From the NCBI GenBank assembly GCA_963707985.1, contig CAVPRW010000018.1:160001-224000 (forward strand): DNA of 64,000 nucleotides. The letters are read 5' to 3'. Shown here in pieces: positions 33,138-43,255 of the stretch. The first letter of the stretch is position 1, and each line of letters starts with the position of its first letter. This stretch comes from an uncultured Nitrospinota bacterium (GTDB lineage Bacteria > Tectomicrobia > Entotheonellia > J063 > CAVPRW01). The translations under genes and the position numbers were made by a program. The notes below the pieces were generated by a model. That model was not told the DNA's origin. It searched no databases and saw only the letters and a list, made by a program, of their open reading frames with translations.

Positions 33138-33166
33138 GCAGACCCTCCGTCAACCTATTATGCTCT

Positions 33167-34636
33167 TCAGATGGTTCTGAGGAAGTTGATGCTGGGTGCG
33201 AAGAAATACTCTCCACCCATCAAGGTCACAAACCCATAGAAGCTGAAGGGCTCGGGTCCGTATTGTCCGCGAGAGGCACCCCACTGCGCTGGCCATTGCT
33301 GTAGCGCCTCTGTGCTATCCTGAGCTTGTCCAATAATTGGATCAATCCCCGTCTGATCTTTCAAGTGGTCTCGATTATTGGCCAACTGGGCTTGGAGGTA
33401 TTCAAACTGGTGGGCAATATCTCTTTGATAACACATGAAGAGTAAGCCTACTCCTGCCGCTGGTAGTTCGTCGATGCTCGGATCATCCTTCGGTTCTTTC
33501 TCACGTTTACCATAGGGAATGCCGCGGCGGGCGACACGGCGCATGCGCTCACGCTCGGGGAAGTTGGGGGGCATCTTCAATTTCTTGTCGAGTTCTCCGC
33601 GTGGATTTATTTTCCGAATATGCGCGTGGAAGGGACACTTCAGTCCATCAGGATCATCGCTATAGGCAGGATCATCGCTATAGGTGAAGTTGTTGGGTAT
33701 GGGGGCGTGTAAGCCTTCAGTCTTGTGAAGAACCACCGGCGTGCCGTCCTCGAAACGTCCGATTGCCAGTGCACCAGCCCTTTCCTTGTCCTCTCCAGTT
33801 AATCTTAGGGCCTCGGCAAGTGCCTTTTCTTTTTCCTTGAAGGCTCGAACATTTTGCTCAAGTTTGCGGAACACTAGGTAGCTGCCGTAACCAGCCTCAG
33901 CCCCTCCACGGTTACGCTCTTGGACAACGACCAGGTTCGGTCCCGCATCAGGATTCCAGACTGATGTACCGTCATTTTCCCCCTGCTCTCGCTTGACGCC
34001 TTCTGAAAAGAACAGTGGTTGGCTGCGGCCGTCTACATATCCGAAATGCTCGATATGTTCGTCGTGCTTGTTCCGCAGGGCTCGACCATGCTCGACCGCA
34101 CAGACGTCGGCGATCGGTTTAATGGCCTCTAGGATCTGACGTGCTTCTTGGAGTAGGAGGTTCTCGTCATCATCAGCGAGCAAGACCATAGCGTCGATCC
34201 GCTGCTGGTACCCTTTTTCCCAGGTATTCATTGGTGGATCGTGCAATACCTTGCCTCGCTCCTTCATCCCCTCCCGGAATGCTTGGCTATCTCCTGGAAG
34301 GTCACAGCCAAGATACTCATAGCCTGTAGCGGACAGAAAGAAACTGATGAACAGACTCCCGGGAATGTCGTATTGCGTATAGTCCGTAGCATCGTCGAGT
34401 TGCCTCTGTGCAGAAGTCACACGAGGAGCGAGGTTGTGTATCCATTTCTTCACTTTTTTTACTATTTCCTGCCTAGCTTCTTCCTGACCCTCTGCCTTAA
34501 ATTGCAAGCAAATCATTACCGATCGATCTCGTCCATGCCCCCCCAGAATATTCCCTTGCATGTTGGTCAGCACGGCCCGAAGACTCTCGATCATGTTCTG
34601 AGGAATGGGATCTGAGAGTTCATGGAGATTGGCCAT
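33167..34636 (-). CDS. DyP-type peroxidase, AnaPX-like, copy 3
   Basis: MQGNILGGHGRD, EHFGYVDGRSQP, CPFHAHIRKINPR, VARRG, GGEYFFAPS; RBS GGAGGAG. Confidence 0.95.
   Translation of the reverse strand: MANLHELSDPIPQNMIESLRAVLTNMQGNILGGHGRDRSVMICLQFKAEGQEEARQEIVKKVKKWIHNLAPRVTSAQRQLDDATDYTQYDIPGSLFISFFLSATGYEYLGCDLPGDSQAFREGMKERGKVLHDPPMNTWEKGYQQRIDAMVLLADDDENLLLQEARQILEAIKPIADVCAVEHGRALRNKHDEHIEHFGYVDGRSQPLFFSEGVKREQGENDGTSVWNPDAGPNLVVVQERNRGGAEAGYGSYLVFRKLEQNVRAFKEKEKALAEALRLTGEDKERAGALAIGRFEDGTPVVLHKTEGLHAPIPNNFTYSDDPAYSDDPDGLKCPFHAHIRKINPRGELDKKLKMPPNFPERERMRRVARRGIPYGKREKEPKDDPSIDELPAAGVGLLFMCYQRDIAHQFEYLQAQLANNRDHLKDQTGIDPIIGQAQDSTEALQQWPAQWGASRGQYGPEPFSFYGFVTLMGGEYFFAPSINFLRTI
33649..33684. 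repeat. Perfect 18-bp tandem duplication inside DyP3
   Basis: CAGGATCATCGCTATAGG x2, giving YSDDPA-YSDDPD in frame. Confidence 0.9.
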
Positions 34637-34874
34637 GTGTTATGCTCCTCCCTTCAATGCCAGAGGGCTGAGCCGACGCTATGGGGTTGGCACTATGAGG
34701 TACTTCGATCGTCGCATAGAATCATGGCAGGAATCTATACGCGCGTGCTCAACGTTGGCCCCGCTCGGCCGCAATGCAGCCCAGTTTTTGTGGTAATAGG
34801 CGCCTTTCACCTGTGCCAGGTGACCTTGCCGAGAACCTGGATCGGTCCCCGGTAAAGTCGGCCCCCTCGCAGGG

Positions 34875-35165
34875 TTAGCGGCTGCTCAGGACCGGATTGT
34901 GATAGACTTCATCCCACGTCCGACGCTTGGCTTGCGCTGGATGGGCCGATGACGATGACTGGGGCTGCGTCAGCTGGACAAATTCTTGATCGCTGATCAC
35001 CCCTTTCGTCACCAGCAACTGCATCAACTGCCCGAGGTCGATGGTCGGTCGAGCAGGCGGAGTGGGGTCCCACTCGGGAGCCATCCACCCCTGGTCATCC
35101 GCCCCCACCACTAGAGGGACCGTCAGCAGCAGCAGCGCCAGTAACACCAAAATGTACCGCTTCAT
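34875..35165 (-). CDS. Small secreted hypothetical protein
   Basis: Signal peptide MKRYILVLLALLLLTVPLVVGA; RBS AAGGAG. Confidence 0.75.
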   Translation of the reverse strand: MKRYILVLLALLLLTVPLVVGADDQGWMAPEWDPTPPARPTIDLGQLMQLLVTKGVISDQEFVQLTQPQSSSSAHPAQAKRRTWDEVYHNPVLSSR

Positions 35166-35412
35166 GGCTCAGCTCCTTTCCAAGTGTTCCAGCTCACATG
35201 GGAATGTCCTGAGATTGAGGTTCCCGGCATTCCCAGACCATGGGCACCTCCGACGTTGTCCCTCACACAACATGAGGCAGCTGCTTCTTGATGCGCTCCA
35301 CAGCGATGACGGTTTGCCTGTGCAAAACAGACCTCTCCCTCAGTTCAATTCCAGGTATTCTGCCCTGCACATCGTTGTCGCTGTGTGTCGCCTGACTGTG
35401 CACGAAGCTTTA

Positions 35413-35429
35413 GGCAAGAGCTATGCCGA
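35413..35429 (-). promoter_or_regulatory. Candidate sigma54 (-24/-12) promoter
   Basis: Minus strand TCGGCATAGCTCTTGCC (GG-N10-GC), upstream of the secreted-protein gene and divergent from a sigma54 activator. Confidence 0.45.
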
Positions 35430-35842
35430 TGCTAGAACATCCACCCAACTAGTTGACATCACAATAAATATTTGCGCCAGCTCATGGGCGAGGGCCATTG
35501 AGCTACTGTGTAGGACTGTGCATTGGCGGGAAATACATTTCCAAGCCATCCTATTCCCACCCATATTCAGAGTCTTTCCAGCATGCTGTTCAGCGCTGAC
35601 CAAGCTGTCGAGTTTCAACCAGTGACGTGAAATCATCTCCTCACGGCCGGGCTTGGTCTGTTGCGCGGAGTGGATGCGAGGAATTATGGCCTGGGGGGCT
35701 TAAGCCCTTGCGCTGTGGTCAGTGGGGCTGGACCGTCGATAGATGCGGATTGAGGTAGGAACAGTGCCAGGTCAGACGCTTCACATTTGACAGCGCGCAG
35801 AGTGATGGGTAGACTGTGGGCCATTCAACCGGGAGGCCTGTC

Positions 35843-37429
35843 ATGGAATCTCAAAATAGCTCGCAGGGGCCGCATAACTCGTCGGTGAATCCACCGTTGG
35901 AGCGTCACGTCCGCGAATTACAGGCGTTGTATGAGATCGGCCAGGCGCTCGCCTCTGTCCACGATCTCGACAACTTGCTACAGCTCGCCACCGAGCGCGT
36001 AGTAACGCTACTCGACATCCAAAGCGCCTCCATTATCTTGCTCGATGAGGAGCGCGACGAATTGGTCTTCAAAGTCGCCGACGATAGCCGCGTCGGCCAT
36101 GAGCAGCACCTACTCGAGTTCCGCTTTCCCGCGAAGCAGGGCATCGCCGGCTGGGTCATTCATGAAGGCCGATCGCAGATCGTGCTGAACGTCGACCAGG
36201 ATCCACGCTTCTATAGTAAGGTCGATGACCATACTGGTACGAAGACGCGCTCCATCATCTGTGCTCCACTGCGGACGAAAGACCGGACCATCGGCGTCCT
36301 GGAAGCCATCAATAAGCTCCAGGGGGTATTCACGATCGAAGACGTACGACTGTTAGAAGCATTCGCCAATCAACTGGCGCTGGCGCTCGAGAATGCGCGT
36401 TTGATCCAGGAGTTGCGGGCAGCACGGGAGCGGCTCTCGGAGGAAAATCGCTACCTGCGCGAGGCCATGGCGGAAGAGGTACAATTCGATACGCTCGTCG
36501 GCGAAAGCCCCAGGATGCAGGAGGTCTATCGCCTGGTGCAGCGGGTGCTGAATACGACGTCCAACGTCCTGCTCACGGGGGAGAGCGGCACCGGCAAGGA
36601 TCTGATCGCGCGAGTCCTCCACTTTCAAGGGCCGCGGGCCAAGGGACCGTATATCGCCGTCAATTGCGCAGCCATACCGGAGACTTTGCTGGAGGCAGAG
36701 CTCTTCGGCTATGAGCGCGGCGCTTTCACCGGCGCCACGCAACGCAAGCCCGGGCGCTTTGAGCTGGCTAGCGGAGGCACGCTCTTTCTGAACGAGATCG
36801 GCGATATGAGCCCGGTCCTTCAGGCCAAGCTCCTTCAAGTGTTGCAAGATTTGCAGTTCGAACGCTTGGGGGGGACGGAGACCATCACGACCGACGCCCG
36901 CATCGTTGCAGCAACCAATCAAGATCTGGAGCGGCTGATTACCGAGGGGCGATTCCGCAGTGACCTGTTCTACCGCCTCAATGTCTACCCGATCGCCTTG
37001 CCACCGCTGCGAGAGCGTCTGGAAGACCTCAGCCGGCTGACCATGTTTTTCCTCAATCGCTTTAGCCAGAAGTTGCGCAAGGAGGTGCTGGGCATCTCCA
37101 AGGAGGCCATGGGATTGCTCGAGCGCTACTCTTGGCCGGGCAACGTCCGAGAGTTGGAGAACGTCCTCGAGCGCGCGGTCATTCTCTCTCAGGGAACGGT
37201 CGTGACGGCACAGGATCTGCCTTCCCTGCGCGACCATCCGAGACCTCCTGCCCTCAGTGGCGATGCCTTCCGGTTGCCGTCCGGGGGGATTGTCCTGGCA
37301 GAAGTGGAGAAGACGCTTATCCAACAGGCATTGGATCAAAGCCATCAGAACAAATCGCAGGCGGCTAAGCTGCTGGGACTAAGCCGCACGCAATTACGTA
37401 CGCGAATGCGACTCTACAGGCTGGAATAG
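35843..37429 (+). CDS. Sigma54-dependent transcriptional activator (GAF-AAA+-Fis HTH)
   Basis: GAF domain; GESGTGKD, GAFTGA, RFRSDLFYRL, WPGNVRELEN; C-terminal NKSQAAKLLGLSR. Confidence 0.93.
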   Translation: MESQNSSQGPHNSSVNPPLERHVRELQALYEIGQALASVHDLDNLLQLATERVVTLLDIQSASIILLDEERDELVFKVADDSRVGHEQHLLEFRFPAKQGIAGWVIHEGRSQIVLNVDQDPRFYSKVDDHTGTKTRSIICAPLRTKDRTIGVLEAINKLQGVFTIEDVRLLEAFANQLALALENARLIQELRAARERLSEENRYLREAMAEEVQFDTLVGESPRMQEVYRLVQRVLNTTSNVLLTGESGTGKDLIARVLHFQGPRAKGPYIAVNCAAIPETLLEAELFGYERGAFTGATQRKPGRFELASGGTLFLNEIGDMSPVLQAKLLQVLQDLQFERLGGTETITTDARIVAATNQDLERLITEGRFRSDLFYRLNVYPIALPPLRERLEDLSRLTMFFLNRFSQKLRKEVLGISKEAMGLLERYSWPGNVRELENVLERAVILSQGTVVTAQDLPSLRDHPRPPALSGDAFRLPSGGIVLAEVEKTLIQQALDQSHQNKSQAAKLLGLSRTQLRTRMRLYRLE

Positions 37430-37568
37430 GCTGCATGAGTGCCAGTGTCGGAAAGTACCACAGACCCTGTCCATGCCGTTGCTGGATGGACTCGGGTCAT
37501 ACAGCGGCGCGGACTCGCCTGATGATATTTCGCGGGGTCTCTTCGCAGGCAGTGAGGGAGTGCCGTCG

Positions 37569-38171
37569 ATGAGTGCGTCTTCTTTGCTTACCATCCCGGC
37601 CCGAAAAGGTAAGGCTGCTGTTCTGGCTAAAGGCCAGCGGGTCAAGATCATCAATACCCACGGTCAACAGGTGATCGACACCTGGGCCTTCAATCGCGCT
37701 GACCTGACGGAATGCCTGTCGATGGAACATTCGCGGGCTTCGTTGAGTCGGATCATGGCCAGAGTCGGCGATAGCATGGTGACCAACCACCGACGACCGA
37801 TCCTGACCATCATCGAAGACACTTCACCGGGCATTCATGATACGCTGATCGCCGCCTGTGATCGCTACCGCTATGAACTGTTAGGCTGTACCACCTATCA
37901 CGATAATTGTACGGATAATTTGGCGGCAGGTATGGCAGCGCTTGGGTTGACACCGCCGAAGACGCCCAGCCCATGGAATCTGTTCATGAATATTCCGGTG
38001 CAAGCCGACGGTCGTGTCTCGTTCGAGCCCCCAGTCTGCAAGGCGGGCGATTACCTCGTGCTACGTGCGGAGATGGATTGCGTCATCGCCTTCTCTGCCT
38101 GTCCGCAGGATATCGTGCCCATCAATGGTCTGGCCTGTACGCCGACCGAGGCACACTTCGAGATCATCTAG
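37569..38171 (+). CDS. Urea carboxylase-associated family protein (DUF1989)
   Basis: GQQVIDTWAF, HDTLIAAC, HDNCTDN, NLFMN, SACPQD. Confidence 0.85.
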   Translation: MSASSLLTIPARKGKAAVLAKGQRVKIINTHGQQVIDTWAFNRADLTECLSMEHSRASLSRIMARVGDSMVTNHRRPILTIIEDTSPGIHDTLIAACDRYRYELLGCTTYHDNCTDNLAAGMAALGLTPPKTPSPWNLFMNIPVQADGRVSFEPPVCKAGDYLVLRAEMDCVIAFSACPQDIVPINGLACTPTEAHFEII

Positions 38172-38289
38172 ATGCGAAGTTGTTGGGGACGAGAGAGCTC
38201 CCGAGTGGCCAGCTTTCTCGATGCAGGGTGGTTGCAGAGCCCCTTCTCCCGGAAGGGGAGGAAGTGGCTATACGGGAAAGGAGGACGTC

Positions 38290-38745
38290 GTGATTCAACT
38301 GAGCCGCATCGGCCATGTACTTCTGAGGGTGGCGGATATCGAACGCTCGAAGGCATTTTATACCAAGGTATTAGGGTTTGAAGTGGTGGAGCAAGACCCC
38401 GAGCATGGTGGGGTGTTTATGAGCTTGGGTGAGCACGGCCATACGCTGGATTTATCCCCCATCGAGAATCCCGAGACCGCTGTGCCGGTCACGCCCAATC
38501 GGGTCGGTGTCCATCATATCGCCTTCATGGTCGATAGCGAAAAGGCTCTCAAAGACGCCTATTTCGCGCTCGAAGATCAAGGGGTCGAAGTGGTGCGAGC
38601 CATCGATCATGTGAGCCAAAAGAGTATCTACTTCCATGATCCGGATGGCAATCGTCTGGAGATCTATTACGAGCTGCCTAATGCGCCGGAGATGTTTCGC
38701 CAGGGTCGCGGGGACCGGGACGAGCCCCTCGTCTTCCAGCGCTAG
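38290..38745 (+). CDS. VOC family protein (extradiol dioxygenase/glyoxalase-like)
   Basis: IGHVLLRVADIERSKAFY, VHHIAF, SIYFHDPDGNRLEI; RBS AAGGAGG before GTG. Confidence 0.9.
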   Translation: MIQLSRIGHVLLRVADIERSKAFYTKVLGFEVVEQDPEHGGVFMSLGEHGHTLDLSPIENPETAVPVTPNRVGVHHIAFMVDSEKALKDAYFALEDQGVEVVRAIDHVSQKSIYFHDPDGNRLEIYYELPNAPEMFRQGRGDRDEPLVFQR

Positions 38746-38822
38746 GAGTCGCTGCAACTGGGTGAGGCATGCGCATGCACTGAGGACGGCCGCAGTTCGG
38801 CCTCCGACTTCGTGTGTGTCGA

Positions 38823-39650
38823 CTAGGACGGCGTGTGGTCGTCCTTCGTGGCCTTGAGCGAAAACATCAACGGGATGCTCTTCTTCCCGTCGGGTAATTG
38901 CCAATAGCGCTCCGGCCCACGCTCCATCCAGGGGAACACGGCCCACGCCAGGAAGGGGTATTCTTCAAAGGCGGTGATTCGCAGCCCGGCACGCAGGAGT
39001 GAGCCGATGATCTCTGCGATCGGATGAACCCAAACATACGTAACGCTGCGGATGGGGGCATCGGGCACGGCATAGCAGCCGTTTTCCTCGATGCGTAGGG
39101 GCTCAGCCCCCTGGAAATAGGGGTAGAGGAGGCGAAGCTCGGCATCTGTCCGATTTTCGTCGAACAGCAGCGCGATAGGGTGGACCTCGACGATATAAAA
39201 GATGCCGCCTGGCTTGAGGAAATGGGCGATCACTTGCGCCCAGCGGTCGAGGTCCGGCAGCCAGCCCAGCACGCCGTGAGAGGTGAAGACGACATCGAAC
39301 TGGCCCGTGAGGTGCTGCGGCAGGTCGTACAGGTTGCACTGAATGAACCTGGCGGGAATCCCCACCTCGGCAGCTAAGGCACGCGCGGCTTTGATGCCCT
39401 CCTCGGAGAAATTGATGCCCGTCACGCTGGCTCCGCGACGGGCCCATTTCAGCGTATCCAGCCCAAAGTGGCATTGCAGGTGCAGCAGCGACTTGCCCGT
39501 TACGTCACCCGGCCCGGCGAGCACGATCGGGTCGAGGGTTCCGCCGCCCGCCTTGAAGCCCTCGATATCGTAAAATTTCGAGGCGAGGTGATACTGGGTC
39601 CAGGTGTCCCAGGTCTGTTGATTGGTCTTCAGGTACTCGTCCATCGCCAT
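38823..39650 (-). CDS. Class I SAM-dependent methyltransferase
   Basis: LLHLQCHFGLDT, FDVVFTSHGVLGWLPD, LKPGG. Confidence 0.9.
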   Translation of the reverse strand: MAMDEYLKTNQQTWDTWTQYHLASKFYDIEGFKAGGGTLDPIVLAGPGDVTGKSLLHLQCHFGLDTLKWARRGASVTGINFSEEGIKAARALAAEVGIPARFIQCNLYDLPQHLTGQFDVVFTSHGVLGWLPDLDRWAQVIAHFLKPGGIFYIVEVHPIALLFDENRTDAELRLLYPYFQGAEPLRIEENGCYAVPDAPIRSVTYVWVHPIAEIIGSLLRAGLRITAFEEYPFLAWAVFPWMERGPERYWQLPDGKKSIPLMFSLKATKDDHTPS

Positions 39651-40550
39651 TCATCCTATCTGGGCGATCACCTCTTTGAACTGCCGCATGGCAGCGATGT
39701 GTTCATCCGGAAACTTCAGTCCACCTTCTCTGGCCTCGGCGATGAACTGGGTAGCCCCCACACTCTGCCAGGCCTTTACCTGCTTGATCCAGTCCTCGGG
39801 GGGCCTGCCCCCGACCCGCACGCGGCCCTCCAGAGGCAGCTCTAGCGGATCACGCCCGGCCTCTTTCGCATATTGATGCACCTGAGCCACGATCGCCTGG
39901 CCGTCCTCGTTCAGGGGAATATTCGGGCACCAGCCGTCGGCTAGACGTCCCACCCGACGCAGGACCGCGTCCGGTGGACGAGGGCTTTGCCGACCGCCGA
40001 CCCCCAGCCAGATAGGGATAGGACGCTGCACAGGCAAGGGATTCAAGCCAGCATGCGAGATGGTATGCCAGCGACCGTGAAAGTCCACCACCTCCTCAGT
40101 CCACAACGCGCGCATGACAGCGATCTGTTCCTCGCACCGACGGCCTCTGTTGTGAAAATCCTGGCCTAGGGCTTCATACTCCACCTCATTCCAACCGACG
40201 CCGATGCCGAGTCGCATGCGGCCGGCGCTGAGCACATCGATTTCAGCGGCCTGCTTGGCGACGAGGGCAGTCTGCCGTTGTGGCAAAATCAAAATTCCGG
40301 TGGACAACGTGATTCTGCTGGTGATGGCCGCCAGATAGGCCATCAGCGTCAAGGGTTCATGCACGACGCTCTTGTACGAGTAACGGCCCAGGCTTGGATG
40401 TTGATGAAACTCCGGATCTGCCCCCAGGACATGATCGGCAATGAAAATATTGTCGTATCCGACCTCTTCAACAGCCTGCACGAAGGCGTGAATCGCCCCA
40501 AGATCGGTGCTGATTTCAGTTTGCGGAAAGATCGCGCCGACTTTCACCAT
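39651..40550 (-). CDS. LLM class (probable F420-dependent) oxidoreductase
   Basis: GAIFPQTE, ADHVLG, HEPLTL, GILILPQRQTALVAKQAAEID, LGIGVGWN. Confidence 0.9.
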   Translation of the reverse strand: MVKVGAIFPQTEISTDLGAIHAFVQAVEEVGYDNIFIADHVLGADPEFHQHPSLGRYSYKSVVHEPLTLMAYLAAITSRITLSTGILILPQRQTALVAKQAAEIDVLSAGRMRLGIGVGWNEVEYEALGQDFHNRGRRCEEQIAVMRALWTEEVVDFHGRWHTISHAGLNPLPVQRPIPIWLGVGGRQSPRPPDAVLRRVGRLADGWCPNIPLNEDGQAIVAQVHQYAKEAGRDPLELPLEGRVRVGGRPPEDWIKQVKAWQSVGATQFIAEAREGGLKFPDEHIAAMRQFKEVIAQIG

Positions 40551-40872
40551 GATGGCTCCCGTGTATGATCATTATGCCTTTTCGGCTGATGTTGCTCTTG
40601 ACGATCTGATGCGCCGAACACAATTCGCAAGCCAGGATACGACTCCGACAGCTCACAGCCCCTTGCAGGCACGACAGCCGACAAGGGTATGCCAGCAGGA
40701 CGACGGTGGTGGCCGACGCTCCCGCTTGACAGCGCTACTGTAGCATTGCACATGCAGCGCCGGAAGAGAAAAATTGCGTCCTGACGTTTGTGGCTTGTGG
40801 TGGGAGCACAAGCGGGGTACAATCGCCCTCACTGATGGCATGATACTCAACCGACTTGAAGGGAGGCACATC

Positions 40873-41842
40873 ATGACCACGGGCTACAGTATTTGTCTCG
40901 GAACGGCGGGTTGGGGTGTATGGAGCAGTCCGGATGCGGGGAAGTCATGGGTGCGCCATCGCTGCTCCTTTTCCGCTGAATAGCCGCATCCAGGCGTTGG
41001 CCGTGCATCCGACGGAGGCGCAGACGATTTTTGCCGGCGGGGATACGGGTCTGTTCGTCAGCCATGATGGCGGCGCAAAGTGGCAGAGGCTCGGCTCGGA
41101 GGGAAATGTGCCGACCATCTGGTCGCTGGCGGTCGACCCCGTCGACCCCCATATTCTCTTTGCGGGGACAAGGCCTGCCGGCGTCTACCGCTCGCGCGAT
41201 GGCGGACAGCACTGGGACAAATTGTCGGTGGACATCGCCAAGGAATGTTCCATCGGCACGCCCTTCGTGACCAGCGTCATGGTCGATCCTGGCGACCACC
41301 GCACCGTATGGGCCGGGGTTGAAATCGATGGCGTGTTCCGCAGTCGGGATGGCGGAGAGACCTGGACACATGTCGAGACCGGGTTGTACGATCCGGACAT
41401 CCACGCCATGGCGGTCGCGCCAACGCAGCTCACACGTGTGTTCACCAGCACGGCCCGTGAGTTGTTCGTCAGCGTCGACATGGGCGAGAAGTGGCAGCCT
41501 CTCGGTATCAAAGCGAAATGGCCTCTGCCCTATGCGCGGGGCATCGCCGTCAAGGCCGATGATCCTGGGGTGCTTTACGCTGGCTGTGGCGAAACCACGA
41601 CCGGCGAGCAAGGCCATGTGCTGCGCTCCACCGACGCGGGAGAGACGTGGGACATGCTGAAATTCCCCACGCCGGCCAACTCAACCATCTGGGGCCTGGC
41701 GACGCACCCGGCTGAGGCGAACCGTATTCTGGCGTTCAGCCTGTTTGGAGAGGTCTACGTCAGCGATGACGCCGGGGACTCCTGGACTAAGATCAGTCGG
41801 GAGTTTGGTGAAATCAGAGCGGCGGCATGGTTGCCCAACTGA
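40873..41842 (+). CDS. BNR/Asp-box repeat beta-propeller protein (frameshift near 40960)
   Basis: Repeated SxDGGxxW Asp-boxes; ATG 40873 after GGGAGG. Confidence 0.85.
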
Positions 41843-41902
41843 GGAATCGTCCGGAGCTAATCTTGCGGCATCGAGTCTCGTACGGTCGAGGAGGGTGTCA
41901 AC

Positions 41903-43141
41903 ATGCGTGCTGAAAGCGGTATGTCACGCCGGCACATCTTGCGGCTAGCTCTTGCCGGGGGCGGGTTAGCCATGTCTGGTGGCATCCACACACTGTTCGC
42001 TCAAGCCCCGTTCACGCCAAGCCCCATTGTTCCGGCTCCCGGCTATATGGAAGCAGCGGAAAAGGCCCTCACCGAGCCGTTCAAAGGCATCACCACGGAT
42101 GGGACAGCCGTGCCGGGGCTGTTCTCGATACAGCAGACGGGCATCCCGACGACCCCGATCACGGACGCCGCCGCGGCCTTTCTCGCTGTGCTGAACCCGG
42201 AGCAACAGGCAAAGATACTGTTTCCCATAGATAGCGACGAGTGGCGCAAGTGGAGTAACATCCCCAGCTACCCGCGCCAGGGAGTTTCCATAGCCGAGAT
42301 GCATTCTACCCAACGTGACAGGGCTCTGGCACTGCTCAGGGCAGCGCTGAGCTCGAAAGGGTTTGCGACCGCCCAGGATATCATGCGGCTCAACGAGACG
42401 GTGGCAGAGCTGACCGGCAAGCGCGACGGATTTGGGGAGAGTCTCTACTGGTTCACCATCATGGGGACTCCTTCGGCGGGCGAGCCGTGGGGCTGGCAGC
42501 TTGACGGGCATCACCTGGTTATTAATTATTTTATTCGCGGAGACCAAATCGTCATGACCCCTACCTTCATGGGGTCGGAACCTGTCCATGCTGAATCGGG
42601 TAAATATGCTGGAACGCGCGTATTTCAAGCAGAAGAAGCGCATGGCCTGGCGCTCATGCGAGCCCTGACAGCGGAGCAGCGGGTGAAGGCCACGCTGTCT
42701 AAAGATCTGCCCCGCGAGATCTTCACGGCGGCGTTCCGTGACAATTTCGAGATGCAATACGCCGGTATCCGCTATGACGCGCTGTCGAGCCCGCAGCAGG
42801 CCCTGCTGCTTGAGGTGATCCAGACCTACGTCGGCAACATCAGGCCTGGCCATGCTGAGGTCCGAATGGCGGAGGTGGAACGGCATCTGAGCGATACCTA
42901 CTTTGCCTGGATGGGGGGCATCGACGAAGACAGCGTGTTTTATTACCGGGTCCACAGCCCGGTCATCCTCATCGAATTCGACCATCAACGCGGCATTGCG
43001 CTGCGCACTGAGCAGCCATCGCGCAATCACATCCACACCGTGGTGCGCACGCCAAATGGTAACGATTACGGCAAGGATCTCCTGCGCCAGCATCACCAAC
43101 AATTCGACCATACACGGTTGGGAAGTGGCCATCAGCACTGA
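41903..43141 (+). CDS. DUF3500 domain protein with Tat signal
   Basis: SRRHILR twin-arginine leader; WGWQLDGHHL, YYRVHSPVILIEFDHQ, HIHTVVRTPNGNDYG. Confidence 0.85.
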   Translation: MRAESGMSRRHILRLALAGGGLAMSGGIHTLFAQAPFTPSPIVPAPGYMEAAEKALTEPFKGITTDGTAVPGLFSIQQTGIPTTPITDAAAAFLAVLNPEQQAKILFPIDSDEWRKWSNIPSYPRQGVSIAEMHSTQRDRALALLRAALSSKGFATAQDIMRLNETVAELTGKRDGFGESLYWFTIMGTPSAGEPWGWQLDGHHLVINYFIRGDQIVMTPTFMGSEPVHAESGKYAGTRVFQAEEAHGLALMRALTAEQRVKATLSKDLPREIFTAAFRDNFEMQYAGIRYDALSSPQQALLLEVIQTYVGNIRPGHAEVRMAEVERHLSDTYFAWMGGIDEDSVFYYRVHSPVILIEFDHQRGIALRTEQPSRNHIHTVVRTPNGNDYGKDLLRQHHQQFDHTRLGSGHQH

Positions 43142-43255
43142 GTGCCAGACCCCGGGTCGGAAAGGCGTCGGTGATATCGGGGCGGCCATGGGGATTCTGA
43201 CACAGCTGGCAGGATATGACAGAATATTTACGTCTAAACCGGAAAGGGGTGCATT

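Noticed and set aside
8456..34636. DyPs as encapsulin cargo or Tat-exported enzymes
   Set aside because: No encapsulin gene in the window, no C-terminal cargo-loading extension, and no twin-arginine leader.
35041..35625. 194-aa plus-strand ORF upstream of the sigma54 activator
   Set aside because: It overlaps the secreted-protein gene and a likely regulatory region, and has no RBS or domain signal.
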